Origin: Candidatus Dojkabacteria bacterium
GTDB taxonomy: Bacteria > Patescibacteriota > Dojkabacteria > JAHIVN01
Direction: 5' to 3'
DNA: 64,000 nt
Assembly (NCBI GenBank): GCA_016932045.1
Contig: JAFGDO010000032.1
Coordinates: 127,612-191,611 of the forward strand
Shown: positions 1-8,892 of the stretch, in pieces
Layout: each line of letters opens with the position of its first letter
Position numbering within the stretch: position 1 is the first letter of the stretch
Notes under the pieces: generated by a model
Told to the model about the DNA's origin: nothing
The model's database searches: none
What the model saw: the letters and a program-made list of their open reading frames with translations, nothing else
Position numbers and translations under genes: made by a program

Positions 1-197
1 TTCTTGCCTACTAAAGGAATTCTTCGAGTAAGAATTGTAAAAATCGACAAGCATTCACCAGCTTCAAATACTCCTAACCTCAAAGGTTCCCATACAGGAC
101 GCTTTAATTCCCCCCAAGAGTAGGACTGGAGCGGATGAACGTTTAACTCCTCTGAGAATTTTAAATATTCGTCTTTTCCTAATTCTTTTATCTGCAT
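1..197 (-). CDS. FemAB-family (peptidoglycan interpeptide-bridge transferase-like) protein, N-terminal fragment; gene continues beyond window start
   Basis: Reverse-strand translation from ATG at 197: MQIKELGKDEYLKFSEELNVHPLQSYSWGELKRPVWEPLRLGVFEAGE..., matching the FemAB N-terminal pattern (LQSxEWGE). Truncated by the window edge and absent from the ORF track. Confidence 0.5.
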   Translation of the reverse strand, partial: MQIKELGKDEYLKFSEELNVHPLQSYSWGELKRPVWEPLRLGVFEAGECLSIFTILTRRIPLVGK

Positions 198-360
198 TTT
201 TATTAATGATTAACCTAATCGAGACGATTAAAACGGTCGTTCAGTCATCTCAACCGATTTGATCATTTCTAATTCTACATTTATTTAACGGAAGAATAAA
301 GGAGAAGTAAACCAAAGTCTGCTGTCTGTCAGCTGTTATCTGTTTGCATACATCTCTTAT

Positions 361-936
361 CTATTTAAAGCTAAGTCCATAAGCACTTATAAGTTCTACT
401 TTATCACCATCTACCTCAAGTCCAAGTATGCAGCAATCTTCCTTCTTATCTAATTCTTTCCCTAAGAATTCCTTTACAATAGCAGCTAGAACCTTGCCGT
501 GGGTCACAGCAAGAATTCTCTCTGCTTTAAAAGCCTGTATCTTTTTCATCATCTCTTTCAATCTTTTAACTAAATCTTCATACCTCTCACTACCAGCTAC
601 CCAACCTCCGTCTTCATAAGCATCATACAACTCTGGGTACTCTTTTTTCATATCTTCCTCTTTCTCCCCGCACATCAAACCATATGTGTTTCTTTCTTTG
701 AGATAAAGCCATCTTTTTGCTTTTAGATTCTTGCCTTTTGCTAATATCTCTGCTGTTTCCATCGCCCGTTTAAGGGGGGAGGAGAGAACCAAATCAATAT
801 CCAATTTCTCAACCTTTTCAACTGAGTCCTTTGCCTGCTTTCTACCTTTTTCTGACAAAGGCAAGTCTCCCCAACCACCATATCTCTTTTCAACATCATC
901 TACTCCCTCGCCATGACGCATAAAAAATACTTTCAT
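361..936 (-). CDS. histidine phosphatase family protein (phosphoglycerate-mutase-like)
   Basis: RHGE motif near N-terminus (FFMRHGEG), LSEKGRKQA and TSPLKRA motifs typical of the histidine phosphatase superfamily. Confidence 0.8.
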   Translation of the reverse strand: MKVFFMRHGEGVDDVEKRYGGWGDLPLSEKGRKQAKDSVEKVEKLDIDLVLSSPLKRAMETAEILAKGKNLKAKRWLYLKERNTYGLMCGEKEEDMKKEYPELYDAYEDGGWVAGSERYEDLVKRLKEMMKKIQAFKAERILAVTHGKVLAAIVKEFLGKELDKKEDCCILGLEVDGDKVELISAYGLSFK

Positions 937-1079
937 AATTTGAGAGTAATAAAGAATTAAATATCAAAAGAATTATATAAAACAACAGTTCCCAAATCAA
1001 TCATAATCGACAGGATATATTACTTGATATACAACACACATCTCGTATATAATGTCATCATCATCAATTATATCTGACA

Positions 1080-1649
1080 GTGTATATATCGGAATTACTA
1101 AGCAAAATTGGTTTTGGAGACAAAGATGCTCAAATTCTTACCTATCTTTATGAGCGCGGGAAAAGTGTTGCCTCAACTATATCAAAAGAATTAAACATCC
1201 CAAAGAGTACTGTTCTCTATATACTTTATGAATTAGAAAGGGAAGGACTCGTAACTAAGAGGAAAGAGCGAAAGACATATGTTTTTGAATCAACTGATCC
1301 AGAAAATATCATAAAAAAAATAGATGAAGATATTGAACTTCAAAAGGAAAGAAGAAAGATCATACTTCCCAATCTTTCAAAGCTCAGAAGGCTGAAAGAC
1401 TTAAAGTCTGATATGCAGATCCACTATTACGATAAGGAAGGCTCCATAAAAGACCTTAAACGATCTATTGATGAACGTCTAGACAACAAGGATATCGAAA
1501 GGATTTACTCTAAAAATTATAAAAGTATATATACTAATGAAGATTTTACCTTTCTTGTAAATGAAGATTTCGCGATAAGGTTTAGGGACAAAGATACATT
1601 GAAAAAGTTTATTTCAGCTTTAAAAGACATCGATGAAACAGAGTTTTAA
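1080..1649 (+). CDS. winged-helix transcriptional regulator, TrmB-like
   Basis: N-terminal wHTH pattern (DAQILTYLYERGKSVASTISKELNIPKSTVLYILYELEREGLV). GTG start. Overlaps the downstream phosphatase gene by 17 nt. Confidence 0.6.
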   Translation: MYISELLSKIGFGDKDAQILTYLYERGKSVASTISKELNIPKSTVLYILYELEREGLVTKRKERKTYVFESTDPENIIKKIDEDIELQKERRKIILPNLSKLRRLKDLKSDMQIHYYDKEGSIKDLKRSIDERLDNKDIERIYSKNYKSIYTNEDFTFLVNEDFAIRFRDKDTLKKFISALKDIDETEF

Positions 1650-2274
1650 AACAATTTACTTTTTCAGACACGGAGAGGGAATGGACGACTTGCGACACGA
1701 ATTTGGTGGCTGGTCGGATCCGGAGTTAGCACCAAAAGGGAAAAAACTTGCCGAAAAAGTCGCTGGAGATTTTAATAAAAAGAAAAAACACTTTGATATT
1801 ATCCTAACATCACCTCTTGAGAGAGCAAAACAGAGCGCAGAACTTATCAGCATGTTTACGCACACTCCAGTAGAAGAATTTGTCTATCTTAAGGAACGCA
1901 ATACCTACGGCTTACTCTGCGGCTTATCAAAAAGAAAAGCCAGAAAGAATTATCCGGAACTAGTTAAGGCCTACAACGCTCAAGAATTTATCCCCGGTGC
2001 AGAAAGGTATGAAGACTTCAAAAATAGGGTAGACACACTTCTCACAAAACTATTACAAATGAAATATAAATCCATTCTCTGCGTGACACACGGTTACCTT
2101 ATAACAACCATCATGGAAGAATTTCTCGGATTAAGTAGAGAAAAAATTAAAGACGGAGCAATATTAGGGCTGAAGGTAGAAGGTAAAAAGTATAAGGTTA
2201 TAGAATATAAAGGATTAACCTTTTCAGAAGGGAAGAGAACTTATGATAGTGAGAGGTATAGGAAGTTTAAGTAG
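1633..2274 (+). CDS. histidine phosphatase family protein (paralog of 361..936)
   Basis: FFRHGEG, LAPKGKKLA, TSPLERA, CVTHG motifs; clearly paralogous to the upstream minus-strand gene. Confidence 0.8.
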   Translation: MKQSFKTIYFFRHGEGMDDLRHEFGGWSDPELAPKGKKLAEKVAGDFNKKKKHFDIILTSPLERAKQSAELISMFTHTPVEEFVYLKERNTYGLLCGLSKRKARKNYPELVKAYNAQEFIPGAERYEDFKNRVDTLLTKLLQMKYKSILCVTHGYLITTIMEEFLGLSREKIKDGAILGLKVEGKKYKVIEYKGLTFSEGKRTYDSERYRKFK

Positions 2275-2288
2275 GAATTCATCCAAAC

Positions 2289-2337
2289 TGGTTCTATGCT
2301 CCCTGGACTGAGCATGCCGAAGTCGAGCTTGGAACCA
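2289..2337 (+). repeat. intergenic hairpin element, family B copy 1 (ACTGAGYNTGYCGAAGTS core)
   Basis: TGGTTC…GCTCCCTGGACTGAGCATGCCGAAGTCGAGC…GAACCA: nested inverted repeats between convergent genes, a likely bidirectional terminator. Confidence 0.5.
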
Positions 2338-2359
2338 CAATAACCTCTTTTAAACTATA

Positions 2360-2821
2360 TCACTCGGCAGTATACATTTCGCATTTCTTTATATTATCTT
2401 TCTTGTATAGAAATAGGATTTTAGTCCATAGATATTGAAATGTGTCTTCTTTTTTGTCAACCGGACATATAATATCAACTTCCTGGCCATTCTCGAAGTC
2501 TAAATTTGTTTCAATGGTTATTGCAAAAAACGGCCAATATTCTCTGATGTTCCAGTCTACAAAACCATCCTCATATTTCCCGTCAAAAATGATACATGCC
2601 TCGTTATCACACAGTTCCTCAGCATTTTCTAGTTCAACACTAACAGTATCATCAAGTCCATTCTTGATAGTTATAGCAATATAAACAAGTAAAATGAACA
2701 ACAATACAGCTATAACGTAGCTTATAATCTTCTTAATCCTCTCTGGTTTCTCTTTTACTTCAACCTGAACCTTTTGAGCTTCGACTTTTTTTGGCTTTTG
2801 GGGCTTTTTCTTTTTAGCCAT
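2360..2821 (-). CDS. hypothetical membrane-anchored protein (Lys-rich N-terminal tail, single TM)
   Basis: ORF with K-rich N-terminus followed by a hydrophobic helix (IISYVIAVLLFILLVYIAITI). No recognisable domain. Confidence 0.5.
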   Translation of the reverse strand: MAKKKKPQKPKKVEAQKVQVEVKEKPERIKKIISYVIAVLLFILLVYIAITIKNGLDDTVSVELENAEELCDNEACIIFDGKYEDGFVDWNIREYWPFFAITIETNLDFENGQEVDIICPVDKKEDTFQYLWTKILFLYKKDNIKKCEMYTAE

Positions 2822-2921
2822 AATTTGTCCATTAAATATTAATTAATGCTTTAAGTCACTATAGCAGAAATTTAGGGAAAACGTAAATTCGAAAGGGAAC
2901 TTCAAAAAGACAGAGGTAATA

Positions 2922-3404
2922 CTATGATTTGTGGAATATTTTTGTTTCGAGAGTAACTAATAATTTCTTTAAACCCATTTCTTCATAGAATTTTATTCCC
3001 TTCTCGTTCTTTGCATATGCTTCCACTCTAATTCTTTCGACATTTCTGTTCCTGCACCATTCTAAAAAGTATTTGCATAAAAGACTACCGATTCCCTTAC
3101 TCCTAAAATCCTTCAAAATAAACATATTTTCTAGTTCAGCGACTTTCACATTCTTCTTAAAAGAACCCATTTCTTTTAGACCTCCGCATAAATATCCTAT
3201 TACCTCATCTCTTTGGACAGCCACCAAAACACAGCCGTTTCTCAGCCTTTTTTTGAAATACTTTTCTCCGTCTTTTTCAAAAGGCCAGTTAATGTTTAAA
3301 GTCCTATCGTACTCCTTAAATTCTTTTCTAAATAGCTTTTGATTTAGGGTCTGAATTCTTTTTAGATCACTAACTTTGGCTTTACTAATCTGCACTCGCA
3401 ACAT
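2922..3404 (-). CDS. GNAT family N-acetyltransferase
   Basis: Acetyl-CoA binding motif region (FRSKGIGSLL) and GNAT-like length. Confidence 0.8.
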   Translation of the reverse strand: MLRVQISKAKVSDLKRIQTLNQKLFRKEFKEYDRTLNINWPFEKDGEKYFKKRLRNGCVLVAVQRDEVIGYLCGGLKEMGSFKKNVKVAELENMFILKDFRSKGIGSLLCKYFLEWCRNRNVERIRVEAYAKNEKGIKFYEEMGLKKLLVTLETKIFHKS

Positions 3405-3410
3405 AGTTTC

Positions 3411-4121
3411 TTAGACACTTTTTAATACACATATAATATGTACTCTGAAGTTTTTTAAAAAAGGCAAACTTAAGATAGCTTCAAGAGCAACTCCAAAAAA
3501 GAAAAAAAGCTTACTTATTGCAATGTACGTTGGATCACCGTTTAGTATAAATTCTTCAATTTGAAAACCATTATCTGAAGCAAGACTTTTAATTCTAGAC
3601 CAAGAATTTGCTTTATAAAAAGCAGGCATGGGGTCAGTTACCAGATCTTTATTCATCCTTTTTGCTATGAGATTTCTCAAACTTGCCGGAATAAGTCTAT
3701 TTAAAATCACAACATAGTTCAGAGCATTAGGAGTCAAGAAAATTACTTTTCCGCCTTCTTTCAAAACCCGAGAGAATTCTTTAAAAATTTCCTTTGGATT
3801 TTTTAAGTGTTCCAAAACCCAGGAAGATATAATTAAATCTATAGATTTATCTTTCACTTGAGGCATGCTTTCGAGATTCGCTACTATTTTTTCCTTAAGA
3901 AGCGGATTAAGTTCTAGAAATTCTTTATTTACATCTACTCCAATAACCTTTTTAGCCCTCTGGTATTCATTCTTAAAAAGATTTGAGAATCCGCAGCCTG
4001 CCTCGAGAACAACTGTATCTTTATTTATATTTTCTGCAACCAAATTCTTGTATATCGAAACGGAATCAGCCCAAGACTTATTTATACTCTTATAAAGTTT
4101 TCTATAATCTTCTTGTTGCAT
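3411..4121 (-). CDS. class I SAM-dependent methyltransferase
   Basis: Motif I VLEAGCGFS, motif GGKVIFLTPN. Start probably at internal ATG (MQQEDYRK...) rather than ORF start 4157. Confidence 0.75.
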   Translation of the reverse strand: MQQEDYRKLYKSINKSWADSVSIYKNLVAENINKDTVVLEAGCGFSNLFKNEYQRAKKVIGVDVNKEFLELNPLLKEKIVANLESMPQVKDKSIDLIISSWVLEHLKNPKEIFKEFSRVLKEGGKVIFLTPNALNYVVILNRLIPASLRNLIAKRMNKDLVTDPMPAFYKANSWSRIKSLASDNGFQIEEFILNGDPTYIAISKLFFFFGVALEAILSLPFLKNFRVHIICVLKSV

Positions 4122-4174
4122 AGTAAAAAATAGGGCAGTACAGAATATATTCCGCACTACCCTTATAAGTCATC

Positions 4175-5305
4175 TTAATCAAGTCTCATAGGCATAATTA
4201 TATGCAGAAAGTCTTTATCTTCGCTATCCTTGAATACTCCAGGTGCTGTAACTCCATTTGTTTCAAATAGAACTTCCTCTCCTTCTATAGCATTTATCAT
4301 TTCACTTAAGAAGCCAACGTTGTAACCTGTCTTTAAACTATCTCCTTCAACGTCGTGGACTTCTACTATGCTTTCATTTTCTCCTACATCTGCAACTTGT
4401 GCTGACAGCTTAAGAGCGTTTTTCTCAGGCATAAATTCGAATATAGCTTTATTCCCAACTGCAGCTCTTGCAAATATGCTTACCACTTTCACTGTTTTTG
4501 CAAGAGATTCCTTATCTGCACTGAACTTATACTTTGCTTCTTTAGGCATTATTTGCTCGTATTCTGGGAATTCTCCCTCGATCAGCCTTGTAGATATCTC
4601 AACATCTTTTACTTTAAATAACATCTGATTCTTATCGCCAAGGATAAAAACCTCAAGGTCATCATCCTCTTCACATGTATCAAGAGCAATTCTAGCAACT
4701 TCATTCAAAGCCCTTGCTGGAACAATATGTTTAAACTCATCTGTCTTTTTTCTCTCTATATCAATCACCTTTTTGGAAAGGCGAAATCCATCCACACCTA
4801 CCATGGAAATACGCTTTTTAGTAGCCTCAAATAGTACTCCTGTTAGCACAGGTCTTGAGTCATCAGATGCTGAAGAGAAAGTTACCTTTTGCAAGGATTT
4901 TGCAAAAGCACAAGCTTTAACTTTGAAATCGGCTTTTCCTGTTGTCTCTGGTAGGGGAGGAAATTCTTCTGCATCCACAACATTAAACTCAGCACTGTTC
5001 ATTTTGTTATGCACAGAAAGAAGTTTTCCCTCAAGTTCGACATTCAATTTCCCGCTAGAAGATAGCGAATTCACAAATTCCGACAAGGTCTTCGCATCAA
5101 CTGTAATTTTACCTGGAGCTTTTGTATCAGCCCCTATCTGAGTAGATATACCTATTTCAAGATCAGTTGTCGAAAGTATAAGTGTATCTTTTGTTATCTC
5201 CATCAATACATTTGACAAGACGGGGATAGAAGGATTTGAACTTATTGCTTTTGAAACATAATTTAAAGCTTTAGCAAAGTTTTCTTGTGTTACAGTTGCT
5301 CTCAT
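4175..5305 (-). CDS. dnaN: DNA polymerase III beta subunit (sliding clamp)
   Basis: Three-domain clamp, N-terminus MRATVTQENFAKALNYVSKAISSNPSIPVLSNVLMEI, immediately downstream of dnaA. Confidence 0.9.
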   Translation of the reverse strand: MRATVTQENFAKALNYVSKAISSNPSIPVLSNVLMEITKDTLILSTTDLEIGISTQIGADTKAPGKITVDAKTLSEFVNSLSSSGKLNVELEGKLLSVHNKMNSAEFNVVDAEEFPPLPETTGKADFKVKACAFAKSLQKVTFSSASDDSRPVLTGVLFEATKKRISMVGVDGFRLSKKVIDIERKKTDEFKHIVPARALNEVARIALDTCEEDDDLEVFILGDKNQMLFKVKDVEISTRLIEGEFPEYEQIMPKEAKYKFSADKESLAKTVKVVSIFARAAVGNKAIFEFMPEKNALKLSAQVADVGENESIVEVHDVEGDSLKTGYNVGFLSEMINAIEGEEVLFETNGVTAPGVFKDSEDKDFLHIIMPMRLD

Positions 5306-5811
5306 GTTTCTATGACTAATATTATTTATTATATATATAAAGTAATAGTAATAACCTTGGTGGATTTGTTTATAATATTGAGAATCTCTTTACCAAGAAA
5401 AGAAACTCCTAGTCTTTCTTTGTGGATTTTAAATTTTGCTTGTATTTAGATATATACAACGAGTATCTTATTTTAAAAAGCTCTTGTCAAGGCATTTGTG
5501 AGAGTGAATAATTAGTAAAGAATTGTGGATAATGTGTGAACCGTTTTTACAAGTTCTATCATTCTCCTTTAAGCTAAAAATTCACATAAAATAAAAAAAT
5601 TAGACAGTCTAAGGAAAAAGCCTTGTCTATCAGTCAATTACTTATTCACAAAGTTTTAAAGATTCATGAGATTTATCCACTTTTGCAGTCAACAGAATTT
5701 TTAAAGAACGATAAGAGTTTCTAAAGAATTATCAACTTATACACAAATAGAACTAAAAGTGAAAAGTGGGAATGCAGATTATCTTTTGTTCTGTTTTTAC
5801 CTTTTAAAAAA
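5306..5811. promoter_or_regulatory. candidate oriC: dnaA-dnaN intergenic region with DnaA-box cluster and AT-rich unwinding stretch
   Basis: Perfect DnaA box TGTGGATAA (5524-5532, reverse complement of TTATCCACA). Near-consensus boxes TTATTCACA (5642-5650), TTATCCACT (5673-5681), TTATACACA (~5716-5726), TGTGGATTT (5421-5429), GGTGGATTT (~5359-5368). Very AT-rich run 5306-5350. Confidence 0.6.
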
Positions 5812-7197
5812 TTATTCTGTGACCGGTTTGTAAATTTCTGCTATAAGATTGTTTATTTGTTCTGAAAAAGTTAGATTGGCCTGCATTTTACTTTCAATTT
5901 TGTCAATAGCATGAATAGCAGTTGTGTGGTCATTTCTTTTTAGAATCTCTGAGACTTCCTTAAATTTATAACCAAGCTCCTTTCTCAGAATGTACATGCA
6001 AACCTGACGTGCAAATGCTATGTCTTTTGTTCTGCGTGGGCCTTTGAGATCTTTTGCATTTACTCCAAATTCTTTTGCAACATTTTTAAATATGGTGGAA
6101 ATTTTTATAGTCTTTCTTTTTGAATTAGGATCTTTTCCAAGAATCTTTGCGATTTCTGCAGGTGTAAGTTCTCCTTCTTTTTTCATTGAATTGTACAAGC
6201 TGATCTTTTGAAGCGAGCCTTCAAGTTCGCGTATGTTGTCAGTTGATATTTCAGCAATGGCTTTAAGAATGCTGTCTGAGAGATCTATCCCGTATTCCTT
6301 TCTTTTTTGTTCGAGAATTGCAACTCGCTCTTCATAATCGGGCCTTGATATGTCTGCGACCATGCCGCCTTGAAATCTGGATATAAGTCTTTTTTCAACA
6401 TTGGGTATTTCCTCAGGTGCTCTGTCTGAAGTTATAATAATTTGCTTAGATTCGTGGAAAAGTGCATTAAATGTATTGAAGAATATACTTTGGGTTTCTC
6501 TGCGATTTGAAAGCAGCTGTATATCATCTATAAGCAATGCATCCAATTTCCTATACTTGTTTCGGAATTTTTCCATAGTGTTAGCTTTAATGTTTTCAAC
6601 CATATCATTTAGAAAGTTTTCTGATGTACAGTAAAGAACTCTTTTTTCAGTGTTGCCATCCATTATAGATCTTCCTATCGCATGAATCAGATGGGTTTTT
6701 CCAACACCCGTAGGACCGTATATAAAGAAGGGATTGTAGCTTTTGCCTGGGTTTTCAGAAACTGAAATAGCAGCAGCATGTGCAAGCCGGTTAGAAGCTC
6801 CAACTACAAAATTGTTAAAAGAGTATCGCTCATTTAGATTTGAGTCTTTTATCCGTTGAAATGAAGCCTCATCTATTCCATTCTTTACTTGAAGAATTGG
6901 TTCCTGAGGGGTGTCCATGCTTTTAGTGACCTGCAAGTTTTCAGCCAGCTCCTTGTCATATACGAATTCTACTGTCAACTCTTTTCCATATACGAACGAG
7001 AGAGTTTTTTCTATAAGAGCTCGATGTTTTTGGGAAAGCCAGTCACCTGCGTAGCTATTTTTGACTCCGATAACTGCGTTTTTGCCGTTTATATCTTTTA
7101 GCCTTGTATCTTTGAACCATGTTTTAAAATGAGCAGGGGAGTCAAGTTTTATCTCTATTTGGGCTAGTGTTTTTTTCCATATTTGGTTGATGTCCAT
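5812..7197 (-). CDS. dnaA: chromosomal replication initiator protein DnaA
   Basis: Walker A GPTGVGKTHL, AAA+ motifs, C-terminal DNA-binding domain (…DIAFARQVCMYILRKEL…). Confidence 0.95.
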   Translation of the reverse strand: MDINQIWKKTLAQIEIKLDSPAHFKTWFKDTRLKDINGKNAVIGVKNSYAGDWLSQKHRALIEKTLSFVYGKELTVEFVYDKELAENLQVTKSMDTPQEPILQVKNGIDEASFQRIKDSNLNERYSFNNFVVGASNRLAHAAAISVSENPGKSYNPFFIYGPTGVGKTHLIHAIGRSIMDGNTEKRVLYCTSENFLNDMVENIKANTMEKFRNKYRKLDALLIDDIQLLSNRRETQSIFFNTFNALFHESKQIIITSDRAPEEIPNVEKRLISRFQGGMVADISRPDYEERVAILEQKRKEYGIDLSDSILKAIAEISTDNIRELEGSLQKISLYNSMKKEGELTPAEIAKILGKDPNSKRKTIKISTIFKNVAKEFGVNAKDLKGPRRTKDIAFARQVCMYILRKELGYKFKEVSEILKRNDHTTAIHAIDKIESKMQANLTFSEQINNLIAEIYKPVTE

Positions 7198-7461
7198 ATT
7201 GTTGTTTTAGTCAAGCAAAAAATTTAGTTTCTATAAACAAGATCAAATTTAACACTAGGCCTAAAAATAGGCTTAAATTTCTGGCAGTGGATAGCAGTTT
7301 TTATGTGTGGATGATGAATATAATTTAGATGATTGTGGATAACTTGTCAAAAAAGTGGATAATTAAGTATTGAGATTAGTAGACTAGAGATTAAAGTATA
7401 TTTGAGGAATAAAGTGGAACGAAAGGGGTAGTTTCTGATAAAATGCAAAATAGAAGACAAA
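7198..7461. promoter_or_regulatory. second DnaA-box cluster upstream of dnaA (dnaA promoter/autoregulation or second half of a bipartite origin)
   Basis: TGTGGATAA (7334-7342), AGTGGATAA (7354-7362), AGTGGATAG (~7286-7294), TGTGGATGA (~7306-7314). Confidence 0.55.
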
Positions 7462-7944
7462 ATGGCAGAAGAAACTATTGATAATACAACTGCAGCAAAA
7501 TTATTTGCAGTAGAAAGCTTAAGCTATGCACCCTTTAGTGATCTAATGGTAGGGCAGGTGTGTTTATTGTTTGTTCCAGATGAATCTGAATTAGTGGGAC
7601 AGGAGGCGAGTTTGGCAGAGGAAGATGACCGGGGAAGAAGATATGCAATATTGGATAGAACAAGTCTAGCGGGTGTTGTGGCTCTAAGGTTTCGTGGCAG
7701 TATTACTCTAAACGAAGTAAGAGGTCCTAATGGGCAGGTATTGAAGTATGGATATCCAACTCAAGGGTACCTTGTTGAGGTTCTAAAGAGTGATGGTGGA
7801 ACAAGTTTCAAGGTTGATAGAGTTGTGTATATACATACAATACTGGATACAAAATCAAGAACTGGTTTTGGGATAGAAACTGTGAAGGACTATTTAAAAA
7901 TTGTGAAGTTTGATTTGAAGCAAGTGGTAGTGAGAAGAGGGTAG
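7462..7944 (+). CDS. hypothetical protein (no recognisable domain; atypical composition)
   Basis: 160-aa ORF with few lysines compared with neighbours; starts immediately after the DnaA-box cluster. Confidence 0.5.
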   Translation: MAEETIDNTTAAKLFAVESLSYAPFSDLMVGQVCLLFVPDESELVGQEASLAEEDDRGRRYAILDRTSLAGVVALRFRGSITLNEVRGPNGQVLKYGYPTQGYLVEVLKSDGGTSFKVDRVVYIHTILDTKSRTGFGIETVKDYLKIVKFDLKQVVVRRG

Positions 7945-7949
7945 GTAGC

Positions 7950-8237
7950 TTAATTAGAAGTGATATCAAGAATTTTTATTTCATAAGGTACTGGGGCTCT
8001 AACTGTGACTGTTGCTCCTTTTTGTTGTCCAATAATGGCTTTTGCTACGGGTGAATCTGGACTGATAGAATCAACTCCTAGAAGAGGGGTTTCGTGTTCG
8101 TGTAATATAGCTACAGTTTCATTGAATGTTCCGTCTTCATCATGTCCTTGAAACGTAACAACATCCCCATGTTGGACAACCAAATGTACTAGGGCTTCGT
8201 TTTGATGAGCTTGTGCTGTATCAGGACCTGCTACCAT
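7950..8237 (-). CDS. GreA/GreB C-terminal (FKBP-like) domain-only protein
   Basis: …DSISPDSPVAKAIIGQQKGATVTVRAPVPYEIKILDI matches the GreA C-terminal domain signature (SPIAxALIGKxxGDxV…xEYEIxxI). No N-terminal coiled-coil and no upstream ORF extension. Confidence 0.55.
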   Translation of the reverse strand: MVAGPDTAQAHQNEALVHLVVQHGDVVTFQGHDEDGTFNETVAILHEHETPLLGVDSISPDSPVAKAIIGQQKGATVTVRAPVPYEIKILDITSN

Positions 8238-8411
8238 GTTTGAAGTGTTAAGCTTATAGGGTAATTATACTAAAGGGGGCAATATTAGGTAAAGCATTAG
8301 GGAAGAATTAACTCTCTGTCATTACACAAGATCTTGCATAATGATGTAAGAGAAAGTTGTAAATTCATATATCTAGTTGATATAATAGCCTATATTTGTT
8401 AGAGAAATTAG

Positions 8412-8834
8412 ATGGAAACAGACCCAAGGGCAAATGGAACGGATATATATAATGAGCCAGATTATGCTCAAGGTGGAATTCTAATAATAGAAAGGGGGCA
8501 ACCTTCTCAAACAGTCTTACGCGTTGAATTAGGACCGGTGCAAGATATGGATGAAGTTAAAATCATCAGATTGGAGGTGGCAGGTTCAGGGTCAACTAAT
8601 CATTTTGTTATGGTTGGAAAGGTAGGAGAGTTAGATTTAACTGCTTGCCTGGTAAAAACTTCAGTAACATTGAATATGACAACAGAACAGACGGATGAAG
8701 GGCCTTTCAGAGTATTCTTTGAACCTTCAGAAAGAAAGTTTTACGCAATGGCTTTACAGGCTGCCAGAGGTATGGAAGTCCAGGCGGCATTAAGGGTATG
8801 TGCCGAGGATCTTTTAGGCGCTACACTTCGCTAG
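8412..8834 (+). CDS. hypothetical protein (atypical composition)
   Basis: 140-aa ORF, no recognisable motifs. Confidence 0.45.
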   Translation: METDPRANGTDIYNEPDYAQGGILIIERGQPSQTVLRVELGPVQDMDEVKIIRLEVAGSGSTNHFVMVGKVGELDLTACLVKTSVTLNMTTEQTDEGPFRVFFEPSERKFYAMALQAARGMEVQAALRVCAEDLLGATLR

Positions 8835-8892
8835 TAAACATTTTATTCCACCTGTTGTGAATAAACTTTCCCGTATGAGATAATATCTACGT

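Noticed and set aside
4368-7101. Multiple 60-120-aa ORFs on the + strand inside dnaN and dnaA
   Set aside because: Antisense shadow ORFs within two highly conserved genes. Low-complexity translations.
8238-8411. Possible N-terminal extension or frameshift to complete a full-length GreA
   Set aside because: No open frame upstream of 8237 on the minus strand in any register encoding a coiled-coil-like N-domain. The gene is therefore called as a CTD-only protein, not a pseudogene.
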